This document shows, piece by piece, positions 8,255 through 17,422 of a stretch of DNA of 64,000 bases. Each line of letters begins with the position of its first letter. The stretch's first letter is position 1. The DNA is from Gammaproteobacteria bacterium. Its GTDB lineage: Bacteria; Pseudomonadota; Gammaproteobacteria; Eutrophobiales; Eutrophobiaceae. The notes beneath the pieces were generated by a model. The model was not told the origin of the DNA, did not search any database, and saw only the letters and a program-made list of their open reading frames with translations. The stretch spans positions 2,240,001-2,304,000 of the forward strand of contig OZ244905.1 of NCBI GenBank assembly GCA_965221695.1, written 5' to 3'. The translations under genes were made by a program, and so were the position numbers.

Positions 8255-9895
8255 TCACTTGGAAGCGGAAAGGCCCTCTTTTTCCAGGTTTTTTGTGATG
8301 AACCACTGCTGGGCAATGGACAGGATGTTGTTGGTTACCCAGTACAACACCAGCCCGGATGGGAAAAAAGCGAAGAACACCGTGAAGATGAACGGCAGGG
8401 CCTTCATCACTTTTTCCTGCAACGGGTCCATGGGGGCGGGGTTGAGTCTCTGCTGGATCAGCATGGTGGCCCCCATGATGATCGGCAGGACGAAAAACGG
8501 GTCCTTGCTGGAGAGGTCCTTGAGCCAGAAAATAAAGTCAGCCTGGCGCAATTCAACGCTTTCCAGCAGCACCCAGTACAGGGCCAGGAACACGGGAATC
8601 TGCACCAGGATCGGAAAACAACCGCCGAACGGATTGATTTTCTCCTCCTTGTATATCTGCATCATCGCCTGATTGAGGCGGGCCCGGTCTTCCTTGTAGC
8701 GGTCGCGCAGCGCGACTATCCGCGGTTGCACCCGGCGCATGTTCGCCATGGACCGGTAGCCCGCGGCAGACAGGTGGTAGAACAGCAGCTTGAGCAGGAC
8801 GGTCACCAGGATGATGGCCCAGCCCCAGTTGCCGGTCAGGCCGTGCAAGCGTTCCAGGCACCAGAACAGCGGTTTGGCCAGGAACCACAGCACGCCGTAG
8901 TCAACGGTCAATTCCAGTCCTTCCGCCAGGGTTTCCAGCACGGATTGCTGCTTGGGGCCGATGTAAAGATGGCCTGTCAATTCTCCCTTTTGCCCGGGAG
9001 GGATAGTCAGGGTCGGGGAAACGCTGCCTATCGAATAATACCGGGAAGAGAACGAGCGGGTATAGTAACGATACGTGGCCTCCGTGTCCGAAGGCAGAAC
9101 GGCGGTCAGGAAATAATGCTGTATCATCGCTACCCAGCCATTATTGACTTGCACGTCCGCATCCTTGTCTTCCATATCGCCGAAACTGATTTTTTCGTAG
9201 CGGTTGTCAGGAGTGGAGAGCACCGCGCCGGTGTACGTGTATAGCAGTCTTCTGCCTTCCCTGGACGGATCATCCCGTTTTATCTGGGTGTACTGGCGGC
9301 CTTCCCAATCGCCGCCGGAAGCGTTATCGATGATGTACTTGATCTGAACCCGGTAGGAACCGCGTTCGAACACGAATACCTTGGTTACCGCTATGCCCTC
9401 TGCGGAAGACCACTTCAACGGCACCTCCAGCCGCTCCCTGCCGGCGTCCAGGGTGTAGGTCTGCCGTTCCGTCGTGAACGTGTCCTTGTGAGTCGGCGCC
9501 ACTTCGCCGACGATACCGCTTTGTATCACGTGGTACAGGGACGCGGAGTCATCCAGCAGTACGAAAGGCTGATCTTTTCTGTCCAACGATACCGGATAAT
9601 CAGGCAACTCGGCATAGACGATGGTTCCGCCTTCGTCGATTTTAATGCGCAGCACGTCCGTCTCAACTGTCACGACAGCGCTGCCGGCGCCGTCCGATCT
9701 CTCCTTGGTCGGGAAATCGGGCGTAGACGGCTCGTCGGGTTTTATCTGTGGAATTCCCGGATCTTCATCAACAGGCGCCGATGCCTGCCCGGCAGCGCCG
9801 GACTGCGCGGCGCCATAGTCCCGCTGCCATGCTTCCCACAACATGATGGAGACCAGCGACAGCGCCAGGATGAGAATAAACCGCGGTGTATCCAT
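8255..9895 (-). CDS. yidC: membrane protein insertase YidC
   Basis: GNWGWAII, NPFGGCFP.LVQIP, GLVLYW. Confidence 0.97.
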   Translation of the reverse strand: MDTPRFILILALSLVSIMLWEAWQRDYGAAQSGAAGQASAPVDEDPGIPQIKPDEPSTPDFPTKERSDGAGSAVVTVETDVLRIKIDEGGTIVYAELPDYPVSLDRKDQPFVLLDDSASLYHVIQSGIVGEVAPTHKDTFTTERQTYTLDAGRERLEVPLKWSSAEGIAVTKVFVFERGSYRVQIKYIIDNASGGDWEGRQYTQIKRDDPSREGRRLLYTYTGAVLSTPDNRYEKISFGDMEDKDADVQVNNGWVAMIQHYFLTAVLPSDTEATYRYYTRSFSSRYYSIGSVSPTLTIPPGQKGELTGHLYIGPKQQSVLETLAEGLELTVDYGVLWFLAKPLFWCLERLHGLTGNWGWAIILVTVLLKLLFYHLSAAGYRSMANMRRVQPRIVALRDRYKEDRARLNQAMMQIYKEEKINPFGGCFPILVQIPVFLALYWVLLESVELRQADFIFWLKDLSSKDPFFVLPIIMGATMLIQQRLNPAPMDPLQEKVMKALPFIFTVFFAFFPSGLVLYWVTNNILSIAQQWFITKNLEKEGLSASK

Positions 9896-9907
9896 AATAT
9901 GATCGGA

Positions 9908-10129
9908 CTAGGGAACGGGGTCTACGCCGCCCGGGTGAAACGGATGGCAACGGCATATGCGTTGAATGCTGAGCCGCAAGCCGCGCAAGGTCCCATGTTT
10001 TTCAATGGCTTCACAGGCAAAGTTCGAGCAAGACGGGTAAAAGCGGCAGTTCATGCCCAGGAAAGGGCTGACAAAGCGCTGATAACAGCGGATTGCTCCG
10101 GAGATTGTCCTGGAGATTATTGCGCGCAT
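9908..10129 (-). CDS. yidD: membrane protein insertion efficiency factor YidD
   Basis: [27 protein letters not shown]; alternative start 10147. Confidence 0.93.
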   Translation of the reverse strand: MRAIISRTISGAIRCYQRFVSPFLGMNCRFYPSCSNFACEAIEKHGTLRGLRLSIQRICRCHPFHPGGVDPVP

Positions 10130-10464
10130 CGCAGAATCCTTTGCCAATGGGCCCTGAGAGACTGGTTCATTATCCTGCTTTCATCCGGCTTTATCTGTTG
10201 CTGCGCCAGGACCACGATGTCAAGGCCTGACAATATATCAGTGTGTGCGCGGAAACTTTCCCGTATGGTGCGTTTAACTTTGTTTCTGGTTACCGCGCCC
10301 TTCACCGCTTTCCTGGAAATCGCCAGACCGAGCCGCGCACAACCCTTATCGTTTCTGCGCGCCAGGACAACAAACTGCGAATCCCGGGAGCGGCAGGATG
10401 TCTTAAATACGTTATTGTAATCCGCTGCGCTGTTAAGTCTTTGTTTTCGCAGGAAACGGCTCAA
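10117..10464 (-). CDS. rnpA: ribonuclease P protein component
   Basis: [18 protein letters not shown] (RNR motif variant); synteny. Confidence 0.93.
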   Translation of the reverse strand: MSRFLRKQRLNSAADYNNVFKTSCRSRDSQFVVLARRNDKGCARLGLAISRKAVKGAVTRNKVKRTIRESFRAHTDILSGLDIVVLAQQQIKPDESRIMNQSLRAHWQRILRCAQ

Positions 10465-10595
10465 GCGGACAAGCGCTTCCTGCCTTTGGCTCTGCGGGAC
10501 TTCAGTATTTGTCGCCCGGCTTTGGTACGCATGCGAATGCGAAAGCCATGGCGGCGTTTTCGCTTGATATTGCTGGGCTGGTATGTACGTTTCAT
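10461..10595 (-). CDS. rpmH: 50S ribosomal protein L34
   Basis: Not in the ORF track; hand translation [44 protein letters not shown]. Confidence 0.96.
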   Translation of the reverse strand: MKRTYQPSNIKRKRRHGFRIRMRTKAGRQILKSRRAKGRKRLSA

Positions 10596-10773
10596 TGGCT
10601 ATCTTTGCAGTTTCCGAAAATCGCAGGCATTTTACTTATATGGACGCCGGGTTGTCAACGAGGGCAGACCCTGCTTCCGGTTCTGTAATGATATTGTATT
10701 GGATATGTCCGTCCAACGGGTATAAACTTGAATGTCCCGTTCCCGTTTTATTCCGATGAGGCGCAGTTCGTAG

Positions 10774-12090
10774 ATGTCAGCTTGGAAATTATGTCTTGAC
10801 CGGCTTGCCGGAGAACTGCCTCCGGAGCAGTTCAATACCTGGATTCGTCCGCTGCAGGCGATAGAAGACAAAAACAAGTTGCGCCTGCTCGCGCCGAACC
10901 GGTTTGTACTCGACTGGGTCAATGAGAGATACCTGCAGCGCATCGATGAATTACTGCGTTCGGAAAACCGGGGCGGCAAGCTGGCCTTGTCTCTCGAGGT
11001 CGGCAGCCAGAAAACAGGGACCAGACAGCCGAAGAACAGGAAAGAGGCGAGTTCCGGCCGCAACTACCTGCCGGAGAACCTTAACCGCAGCTACAGGTTT
11101 ACATCCTTCGTGGAAGGCAAGTCGAACCAGTTGGCGCGGGCCGCGGCGATACAGGTCGCGGAAAACCCGGGCACTGCGTATAACCCGCTGTTCATGTGCG
11201 GCGGCGTAGGTCTTGGAAAAACCCATCTTATGCATGCAATAGGCAATTCGATCCTGGAACACCGGCCGGGGATGAATGTTGCCTACCTGCACTCCGAGCG
11301 GTTCGTCGCCGACATGGTCAAGGCATTACGCCACAATACTATTGATGAGTTCAAACGAAATTACCGGTCTCTGGACGTGCTGCTGATCGATGACATCCAG
11401 TTCTTTGCCGGCAAGGACCGGTCGCAGGAAGAGTTTTTCTATACATTCAATACCTTGCTGGAAAGCAAAAACCAGGTAGTGCTGACCTGCGACCGTTATC
11501 CGAAAGAAGTTGACGGCATCGAAGGCCGCTTGCGATCCCGTTTCAGTATGGGACTGACTGTTGCGATAGAACCGCCGGAATACGAAACCCGGGTTGCCAT
11601 CGTCAAATCCAAGGCGGAAGACACGGAGGTTGACCTGCCGGACAATGTCGCGTTTTTCATTGCCAAGCGCTTCGTGTCGAACGTGCGCGAACTGGAGGGC
11701 GCGCTGAACCGGGTCATCGCCAATTCCCGGCTGACCGGAGAACCCATAGACATTGAGTTCTGCCAGCATGCGTTGCGCGATTTGTTGCTGTTGCAGGAAC
11801 GCCAGGTTACCCTGGAAAACATCCAGAAGGTCACTGCGGGGTATTACAAGATCAAGGTCGCGGATTTGCTGTCAAAGCGGAAAAGCCGCTCTATCGCGCG
11901 CCCGCGGCAACTGGCGATGGCCTTGGCGAAGGAATTGACCAACCACAGCTTGCCTGAAATCGGCGACGCCTTCGGGGGGCGCGACCATACCACGGTTTTG
12001 CACGCCCACAGGAAAGTGGCGGAACTGCGGCAAGACGATAACAGGGTTGAGGAAGACTACAAAAACCTGCTCAGCATCCTGACGATGTAG
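10774..12090 (+). CDS. dnaA: chromosomal replication initiator DnaA
   Basis: [39 protein letters not shown]. Confidence 0.98.
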   Translation: MSAWKLCLDRLAGELPPEQFNTWIRPLQAIEDKNKLRLLAPNRFVLDWVNERYLQRIDELLRSENRGGKLALSLEVGSQKTGTRQPKNRKEASSGRNYLPENLNRSYRFTSFVEGKSNQLARAAAIQVAENPGTAYNPLFMCGGVGLGKTHLMHAIGNSILEHRPGMNVAYLHSERFVADMVKALRHNTIDEFKRNYRSLDVLLIDDIQFFAGKDRSQEEFFYTFNTLLESKNQVVLTCDRYPKEVDGIEGRLRSRFSMGLTVAIEPPEYETRVAIVKSKAEDTEVDLPDNVAFFIAKRFVSNVRELEGALNRVIANSRLTGEPIDIEFCQHALRDLLLLQERQVTLENIQKVTAGYYKIKVADLLSKRKSRSIARPRQLAMALAKELTNHSLPEIGDAFGGRDHTTVLHAHRKVAELRQDDNRVEEDYKNLLSILTM

Positions 12091-12249
12091 CATCAGTCCC
12101 GTGATACGAATAGCAAGAGAAACCGGGGGCGGTGGCCTGCGTTTGCGCTCAGGGTTTGGAAATTGCCGGCCAATTGGCGGTTCTGCCCCATACCCGGATA
12201 CCGGTCCTGCTCTATCAGCGCGGGCATTCGGCATCACATTGTAGCCGGA

Positions 12250-12292
12250 ATGTCACATAAACATCGCCGTATTGTCATATAAACCTTTCAGA
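12250..12292 (+). promoter_or_regulatory. putative Pho-box half-sites upstream of the porin
   Basis: TGTCAC (12251) and TGTCAT (12273), 22 bp apart. Confidence 0.5.
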
Positions 12293-12422
12293 ATAATTCC
12301 CAGAGTTGACCTGACCCGGATTTCTCGCCAGGCGATGTGATCATCGCACCGGATGTTATCCGTCTACGGTACTACTGAACCCATACACCAGAAATCAGCA
12401 TAACGCTTTAAGGAGAAATAAC

Positions 12423-13910
12423 ATGTTTAAAGCCATCAACAGGTATGCCTGTGCCATATTGGTGATCAGCACAATGGCCATGTTGACCATGCCGGCCCAT
12501 GCAGCCAATGACGCATTGTTGGAGCTGTTGAAAATCCTCAGGGACAAGGGGGGCATCACCCAGCAGGAATACGAGTTGCTCAGGGATACTGCCCAGACGG
12601 ACACAGGACCGGCTACCGTCGCGGAAACCTCCGCGCCAACTTCTGCCGAACCGACGCCGCAGGTGGTCGCCGCGGTCAAGCCGGCGCCGGAAATCACGAC
12701 CAAGGGAAAATTGGAAATCAGCACAGATGAACACAAGTTCCGCATCGGCGGGCGCGCCCAGCACGACTTCACCCTGGTCGGCAATGACGGCGACGGCAAC
12801 GTGGGGAGCAGTGAGCAGCAGTTTCGCCGGGCGCGTATCTTCCTGTCCGGCACGGCCTGGGAACACTGGGACTGGAAGTTCCAGTTCGACTTTGAGGACG
12901 CCGATGACAGCAGCATGTCAATCGAAGATGCGTACATAAAGTACAAAGGTTGGAGCCCGGCTGCCGTGACCGTCGGCCAGCGCAAGGCGCCGTTCTCCCT
13001 GGGCACGCTGACCAGTTCCAAGTACATCACGTTTATCGAACGCTCAGCGCCTACCGACCTGTTCTCCTCGGAGTCCATCGGTATCGGTGGTCGCTTACCC
13101 GGCATCACACTGGAGAACAGGGGCAAGAATCACTCACTTGCGGGTGGTTTCTACCTGATGCGGCAGCGCGGCGATGCCGCCGATATCGATACATTCACCG
13201 ACAGCGCCGGGGATATCGTGGAGGTGGAACTGGGCACGGACTCTATCAGCGAGCGCAAGATTGACGATGGCTGGGGGGTCACCGCGCGAGCCACCTGGCT
13301 ACCGGTCAACCGTGCCGGCAACCAACTGGTTCATGCCGGCGCCGCCCTCGGCTATAAACATTATCCGAACAAGAAGGTGAACCGTTTCCGCGTGCGCCCG
13401 GCTGTCTCCGAGGGGGACCGGATCGTGGATTCCGACGGGTCGGTTGCGGCCGATAATTTCCTGGGTTTGAACCTGGAAGCGGCCAGCATCTGGGGTCCGT
13501 TCGCGGCCAGCGCGGAATACTATTACGGTGATTTTGACGGTACCGGCGCCACCGGCGCCACCGACATGGAAGGGTTTTACGTCCAGGGCAGTTATTTTCT
13601 CACCGGGGAGAACCGCCGATATAAAAATGGCGCGTTCACCAGTGTTAAAGTGAAAGACCCGGTCGGCAGCGGCGGTTGGGGCGGTTGGGAAGTGGGTTTG
13701 CGCTACAGTTCCACTGATCTCGGTTCGGGTATCGGCGCAGATTCCGGCGATGTGCTCACTGCCGCGCTGAACTGGTATGTGAACAACAACATGATGTTCA
13801 AGCTGAACTACGTCAAAACATTCTGCGATCGCGGCAGCGACACCTGTGACTGGGGCATGGGCGACGGCGACCCCGAATACCTGTCATTCCGCACCCAGGT
13901 GTTTTTCTAG
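12423..13910 (+). CDS. phosphate-selective porin, OprO/OprP family
   Basis: Signal peptide, FRRARI, LTSSKYITFIER, WEVGLRYS, LNWY, terminal F; sits beside phoBR. Confidence 0.88.
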   Translation: MFKAINRYACAILVISTMAMLTMPAHAANDALLELLKILRDKGGITQQEYELLRDTAQTDTGPATVAETSAPTSAEPTPQVVAAVKPAPEITTKGKLEISTDEHKFRIGGRAQHDFTLVGNDGDGNVGSSEQQFRRARIFLSGTAWEHWDWKFQFDFEDADDSSMSIEDAYIKYKGWSPAAVTVGQRKAPFSLGTLTSSKYITFIERSAPTDLFSSESIGIGGRLPGITLENRGKNHSLAGGFYLMRQRGDAADIDTFTDSAGDIVEVELGTDSISERKIDDGWGVTARATWLPVNRAGNQLVHAGAALGYKHYPNKKVNRFRVRPAVSEGDRIVDSDGSVAADNFLGLNLEAASIWGPFAASAEYYYGDFDGTGATGATDMEGFYVQGSYFLTGENRRYKNGAFTSVKVKDPVGSGGWGGWEVGLRYSSTDLGSGIGADSGDVLTAALNWYVNNNMMFKLNYVKTFCDRGSDTCDWGMGDGDPEYLSFRTQVFF

Positions 13911-13934
13911 CCTGATGAGTGCATTTGCCGGGTT

Positions 13935-14130
13935 GTATGCGAGAAGCGGAATCCAGCGAGATAAAGGGTCGCCCTTCGGGCGACACAGTATTTAACTGGA
14001 CTCCCGCTTTCGCGGGAGTGGATCAGTGGCAGGGTGGCACTGTATTCGACTGGACTCCCACTTTCGCGGGAGTGGTTCGTGGCAGGGCGATACAATATTT
14101 GACTGGACTCCCACTGTTGGGGGTGTGGTA
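13935..14130. repeat. REP-like family A tandem array (3 units of ~53 bp plus one inverted remnant)
   Basis: ACTGGACTCCCRCTTTCGCGGGAGTG core repeated. Confidence 0.85.
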
Positions 14131-14147
14131 CGAGGACATCCCGCAGC

Positions 14148-14165
14148 TTGTCATCATGTTGTAAT
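14148..14165 (+). promoter_or_regulatory. Pho box upstream of phoB
   Basis: TTGTCAT-catg-TTGTAAT with 11-bp spacing, matching the PhoB consensus. Confidence 0.75.
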
Positions 14166-14208
14166 ATAATAGCTGTGTAATAGTCAGATGCTACGGGAAA
14201 GTCAAACC

Positions 14209-14898
14209 ATGAAAGGCAAAATTCTCCTTGTTGAGGATGAAGCCCCGATCAGGGAAATGCTGGGCTATGCGCTGATGAAAGAGGGCTATACGTTCCGCGA
14301 AGCGGCAGATGTCGAAGAGGCCCGGCCGCTGATTACTGATGACAGACCTGATCTGCTCCTGCTTGACTGGATGTTGCCGGGCATGAACGGAGTCGATTAT
14401 GCGAGGCGTATTCGCAACAATCCCGATACCAGTGATATCCCGATTATCATGTTGACGGCACGGGGAGAGGAGGGGGACAAGGTGCGTGGTCTGGATACCG
14501 GCGCGGATGACTACATCACCAAACCCTTTTCCACGAAGGAACTGCTGGCGCGCATCAGGGCGGTAATGCGGCGTACAAAAGATACGGATGCCGAGGGTAT
14601 AATCACCGTAGAAGGCCTGGCCCTGGACCCGGATACTTTCAGGGTTACCGTAGATGGAAAAGTCGTAGAGATCAGTCCGACGGAATTTCGCCTGTTGCAC
14701 TTTTTTATCTCGCACCCGGAGCGGGTCTACACGCGCGGGCAGTTACTGGACCAGGTCTGGGGGCAGAATGTATATGTTGAAGAGCGCACCGTGGACGTTC
14801 ACATTCGACGCTTGCGCAAAACCCTGGAACCGTATCAGTACAGTCACTTGGTTCAAACAGTACGCAGCGTCGGGTATCGTTTCTCCACCAGGAATTAA
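14209..14898 (+). CDS. phoB: phosphate regulon response regulator PhoB
   Basis: LLDWMLPG, GADDYITKPF, VWGQNVYVEERTVDVHIRRLRK. Confidence 0.96.
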   Translation: MKGKILLVEDEAPIREMLGYALMKEGYTFREAADVEEARPLITDDRPDLLLLDWMLPGMNGVDYARRIRNNPDTSDIPIIMLTARGEEGDKVRGLDTGADDYITKPFSTKELLARIRAVMRRTKDTDAEGIITVEGLALDPDTFRVTVDGKVVEISPTEFRLLHFFISHPERVYTRGQLLDQVWGQNVYVEERTVDVHIRRLRKTLEPYQYSHLVQTVRSVGYRFSTRN

Positions 14899-16218
14899 AT
14901 GCATCCTGACCTGTTCCGGCTCGGTTTCATAGTTGTTCTTTCAGGGTTTGCGGGGCTGCTTGCGGGCAACGTGTTCGCCGGCCTGGCAATCGGTTTACTC
15001 GCTTGTTTGATCTGGCAACAGCGAATATTGAGATACATCAGCAAGTCCCTGCGCCATGGACATGAGCAAAAAAATCCCCCCGATGTCCCGGGCGTCATCA
15101 ATGAGATAATCCGGGGGATCGATGCCCTGCGCGCACATCACAAGCAACGGGAAGAGAAACTTGCCGGTTTTCTGTCGCGTTTTGAGGAAGCGACCGAGGC
15201 CTTGCCCGATGCCGTTATCGTAATGAATGTTTCCGGACAAGTGGAATGGGCCAATACAAAAGCGTCCGAATACCTCGGCATCCGATTACCCCGGGACCGC
15301 GGCCAGCGTATCACCCATATTATCAGGCAACCTGAGCTGCTGAATTACCTGGCGGATTTGGCCAAGGGTTCAACGCCAGACGGCCTGTTTATCTCAGCCC
15401 CGGTGGACGTAGAGGTCGGCCTGGAAATCAGGATCACCAGGTATGCGGAATCGTCGCTGCTGCTGGTGGCGAGAAATGTCACTGATATTCAGCGCGCCAA
15501 CCGGATGCGCAAGGATTTTATTGCCAACGCGTCCCATGAATTGCGCACGCCAATCACGGTGATTTCAGGTTATCTCGAAGCCGTGGAAAATGAAGCCAAC
15601 GACCAGATGCCGGAGTGGGGACCACGAATAAAACAAATGCGAAACCAGACCAGGCGTATGCAGAGCCTGATCGAGGACCTGCTGAAATTGTCCAAGCTGG
15701 AGAGCAGTCACTCTGCAAACCTCAATACTGAAGTTGACATGGCAGAGTTGATCTCGGTGGTTCACGGCGAGGCACAGACTCTCAGCGGTGAGCAAGACCA
15801 TAGTTTCTCCCTGGACACACAGCCCGGGTTGCTGGTAAAAGGAGACTATGACAGCTTGTACAGCGCATTTTCCAACATTGTTTTCAACGCCGTGCAATAT
15901 ACCCCGCGCGCCGGGGCAGTCGGGATAAAATGGTATCGCACCGGAACGGGCGCGTGTTTGGAAGTAACCGATTCCGGCGAGGGTATCCCGGCAGAGCATA
16001 TTCATCGCGTAACGGAGCGTTTCTATCGTGTCGACAAGAGCCGTTCCAGGGAAAAGGGAGGCACCGGTCTCGGGCTGGCCATTGCCAAACACGTTATGGT
16101 TCAGCACGATGCCGAATTGCACCTAAGCAGTGAGCCAGGCAACGGTACAACAGTTAAATGCGTGTTTCCCGAACACCGGGTGGTTCAACTTGCGCAGACA
16201 CCCGGCAAGCAGGAATGA
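14899..16218 (+). CDS. phoR: phosphate regulon sensor kinase PhoR
   Basis: ANASHELRTP, NAVQY, ERFYRVD, GGTGLGLAI. Confidence 0.95.
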   Translation: MHPDLFRLGFIVVLSGFAGLLAGNVFAGLAIGLLACLIWQQRILRYISKSLRHGHEQKNPPDVPGVINEIIRGIDALRAHHKQREEKLAGFLSRFEEATEALPDAVIVMNVSGQVEWANTKASEYLGIRLPRDRGQRITHIIRQPELLNYLADLAKGSTPDGLFISAPVDVEVGLEIRITRYAESSLLLVARNVTDIQRANRMRKDFIANASHELRTPITVISGYLEAVENEANDQMPEWGPRIKQMRNQTRRMQSLIEDLLKLSKLESSHSANLNTEVDMAELISVVHGEAQTLSGEQDHSFSLDTQPGLLVKGDYDSLYSAFSNIVFNAVQYTPRAGAVGIKWYRTGTGACLEVTDSGEGIPAEHIHRVTERFYRVDKSRSREKGGTGLGLAIAKHVMVQHDAELHLSSEPGNGTTVKCVFPEHRVVQLAQTPGKQE

Positions 16219-16295
16219 TGGCTGGCTGTGGTTTGAGGTTTTGCCTTGAATACCAGTCGGCCCTTTGCGGACTCGACAGTTGGCGTCGAATCATG

Positions 16296-16325
16296 TTGCC
16301 ATGCGCGCTGTAATATTATCTTAAC
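16296..16325 (+). promoter_or_regulatory. putative Pho box upstream of pstS
   Basis: TTGCCAT..CTGTAAT-atta-TCTTAAC; degenerate. Confidence 0.4.
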
Positions 16326-16368
16326 AATCATGGTGTTCAATACGACAGACCTCATTGTGAAATCTTGA

Positions 16369-17379
16369 ATGAACCTTACAGGAGATTATGTCGTGACAAA
16401 CAAACTTATATTCAACGTTTTCTTCATCCTCGCACTGGTGTTTTCTACGGCGGCAAAGGCGATTGAGTTGGACCCGGACCTGCCTGACTACAGCAAGTCC
16501 AGTGGCGTATCAGGCAACATCATCAGCGTAGGGTCCGATACGCTGGCAAACCTGATGACGTTGTGGGCGGAGGAGTTCAAAAAACTCTATCCCAACGTAA
16601 CAGTTCAGATCCAGGCAGCCGGTTCTTCCACCGCGCCACCGGCGCTGACGGAAGGAACCTCCAACTTCGGCCCGATGAGCCGCAAGATGAAGGACAAGGA
16701 AATTGCCGGTTTCGAGACAAAATACGGTTTCAAACCGACTCCCGTCGCAGTGGCGATCGACGCGCTTGCGGTATATGTACACAAGGACAACCCTGTTTCA
16801 GGCATGACCATTCCGCAGGTCGATGCGGTATTTTCCGCGACCCGCAAGTGCGGTCATCCGGAGGACATCACCCGCTGGGGCCAACTGGGACTCGACGGCG
16901 CCTGGGGTAACAGGCCGGTGCAGTTATATGGCCGTAATTCGGTCTCAGGCACGTATGGTTACTTCAAGAAGGTTGCGCTTTGCAAGGGAGACTACAAGAA
17001 TAACGTCAATGAACAACCCGGTTCGGCTTCCGTTGTGCAGGGCGTTACCAAGTCCATCAACGGCATTGGCTATTCCGGTATCGGCTACAAGACATCCGGC
17101 GTGCGCGCGGTGCCGTTAAGCAAGCGCGGGGACGAGTACACCGATGCCACGCCGGCCAATGCCGTGAACGGCAGCTATCCGCTGGCGAGGTTTCTCTATG
17201 TTTACGTAAACAAGTCGCCAAACGACCCGCTGCCGCCACTGGAACGGGAATTCGTCAGGATGATCATGTCCAAGACCGGTCAGGAAGTGGTCGTCAAGGA
17301 CGGTTATATCCCTTTGCCTGCGAAGGTTGCCGAAAAGCAGTTAGTCCTCATCGGCGCTTCAGAACCGGCGGTGAACTGA
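16369..17379 (+). CDS. pstS: phosphate ABC transporter substrate-binding protein
   Basis: [29 protein letters not shown]; true start may be the GTG at 16393. Confidence 0.95.
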   Translation: MNLTGDYVVTNKLIFNVFFILALVFSTAAKAIELDPDLPDYSKSSGVSGNIISVGSDTLANLMTLWAEEFKKLYPNVTVQIQAAGSSTAPPALTEGTSNFGPMSRKMKDKEIAGFETKYGFKPTPVAVAIDALAVYVHKDNPVSGMTIPQVDAVFSATRKCGHPEDITRWGQLGLDGAWGNRPVQLYGRNSVSGTYGYFKKVALCKGDYKNNVNEQPGSASVVQGVTKSINGIGYSGIGYKTSGVRAVPLSKRGDEYTDATPANAVNGSYPLARFLYVYVNKSPNDPLPPLEREFVRMIMSKTGQEVVVKDGYIPLPAKVAEKQLVLIGASEPAVN

Positions 17380-17422
17380 TCGTTTTTCGGAAGAGCAGAT
17401 ATATTTCTTAGCGTATTCTTCC

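Noticed and set aside
6701-10420. Long plus-strand ORFs (407, 414 and 310 aa)
   Set aside because: Antisense shadows of mnmE, yidC and rnpA with no recognisable motifs
10596-10773. oriC between rpmH and dnaA
   Set aside because: No convincing DnaA boxes or AT-rich unwinding repeats were seen
13979-14130. CRISPR mini-array
   Set aside because: The intervening sequences resemble each other (tandem units, not unique spacers), copies are dispersed elsewhere, and there are no cas genes
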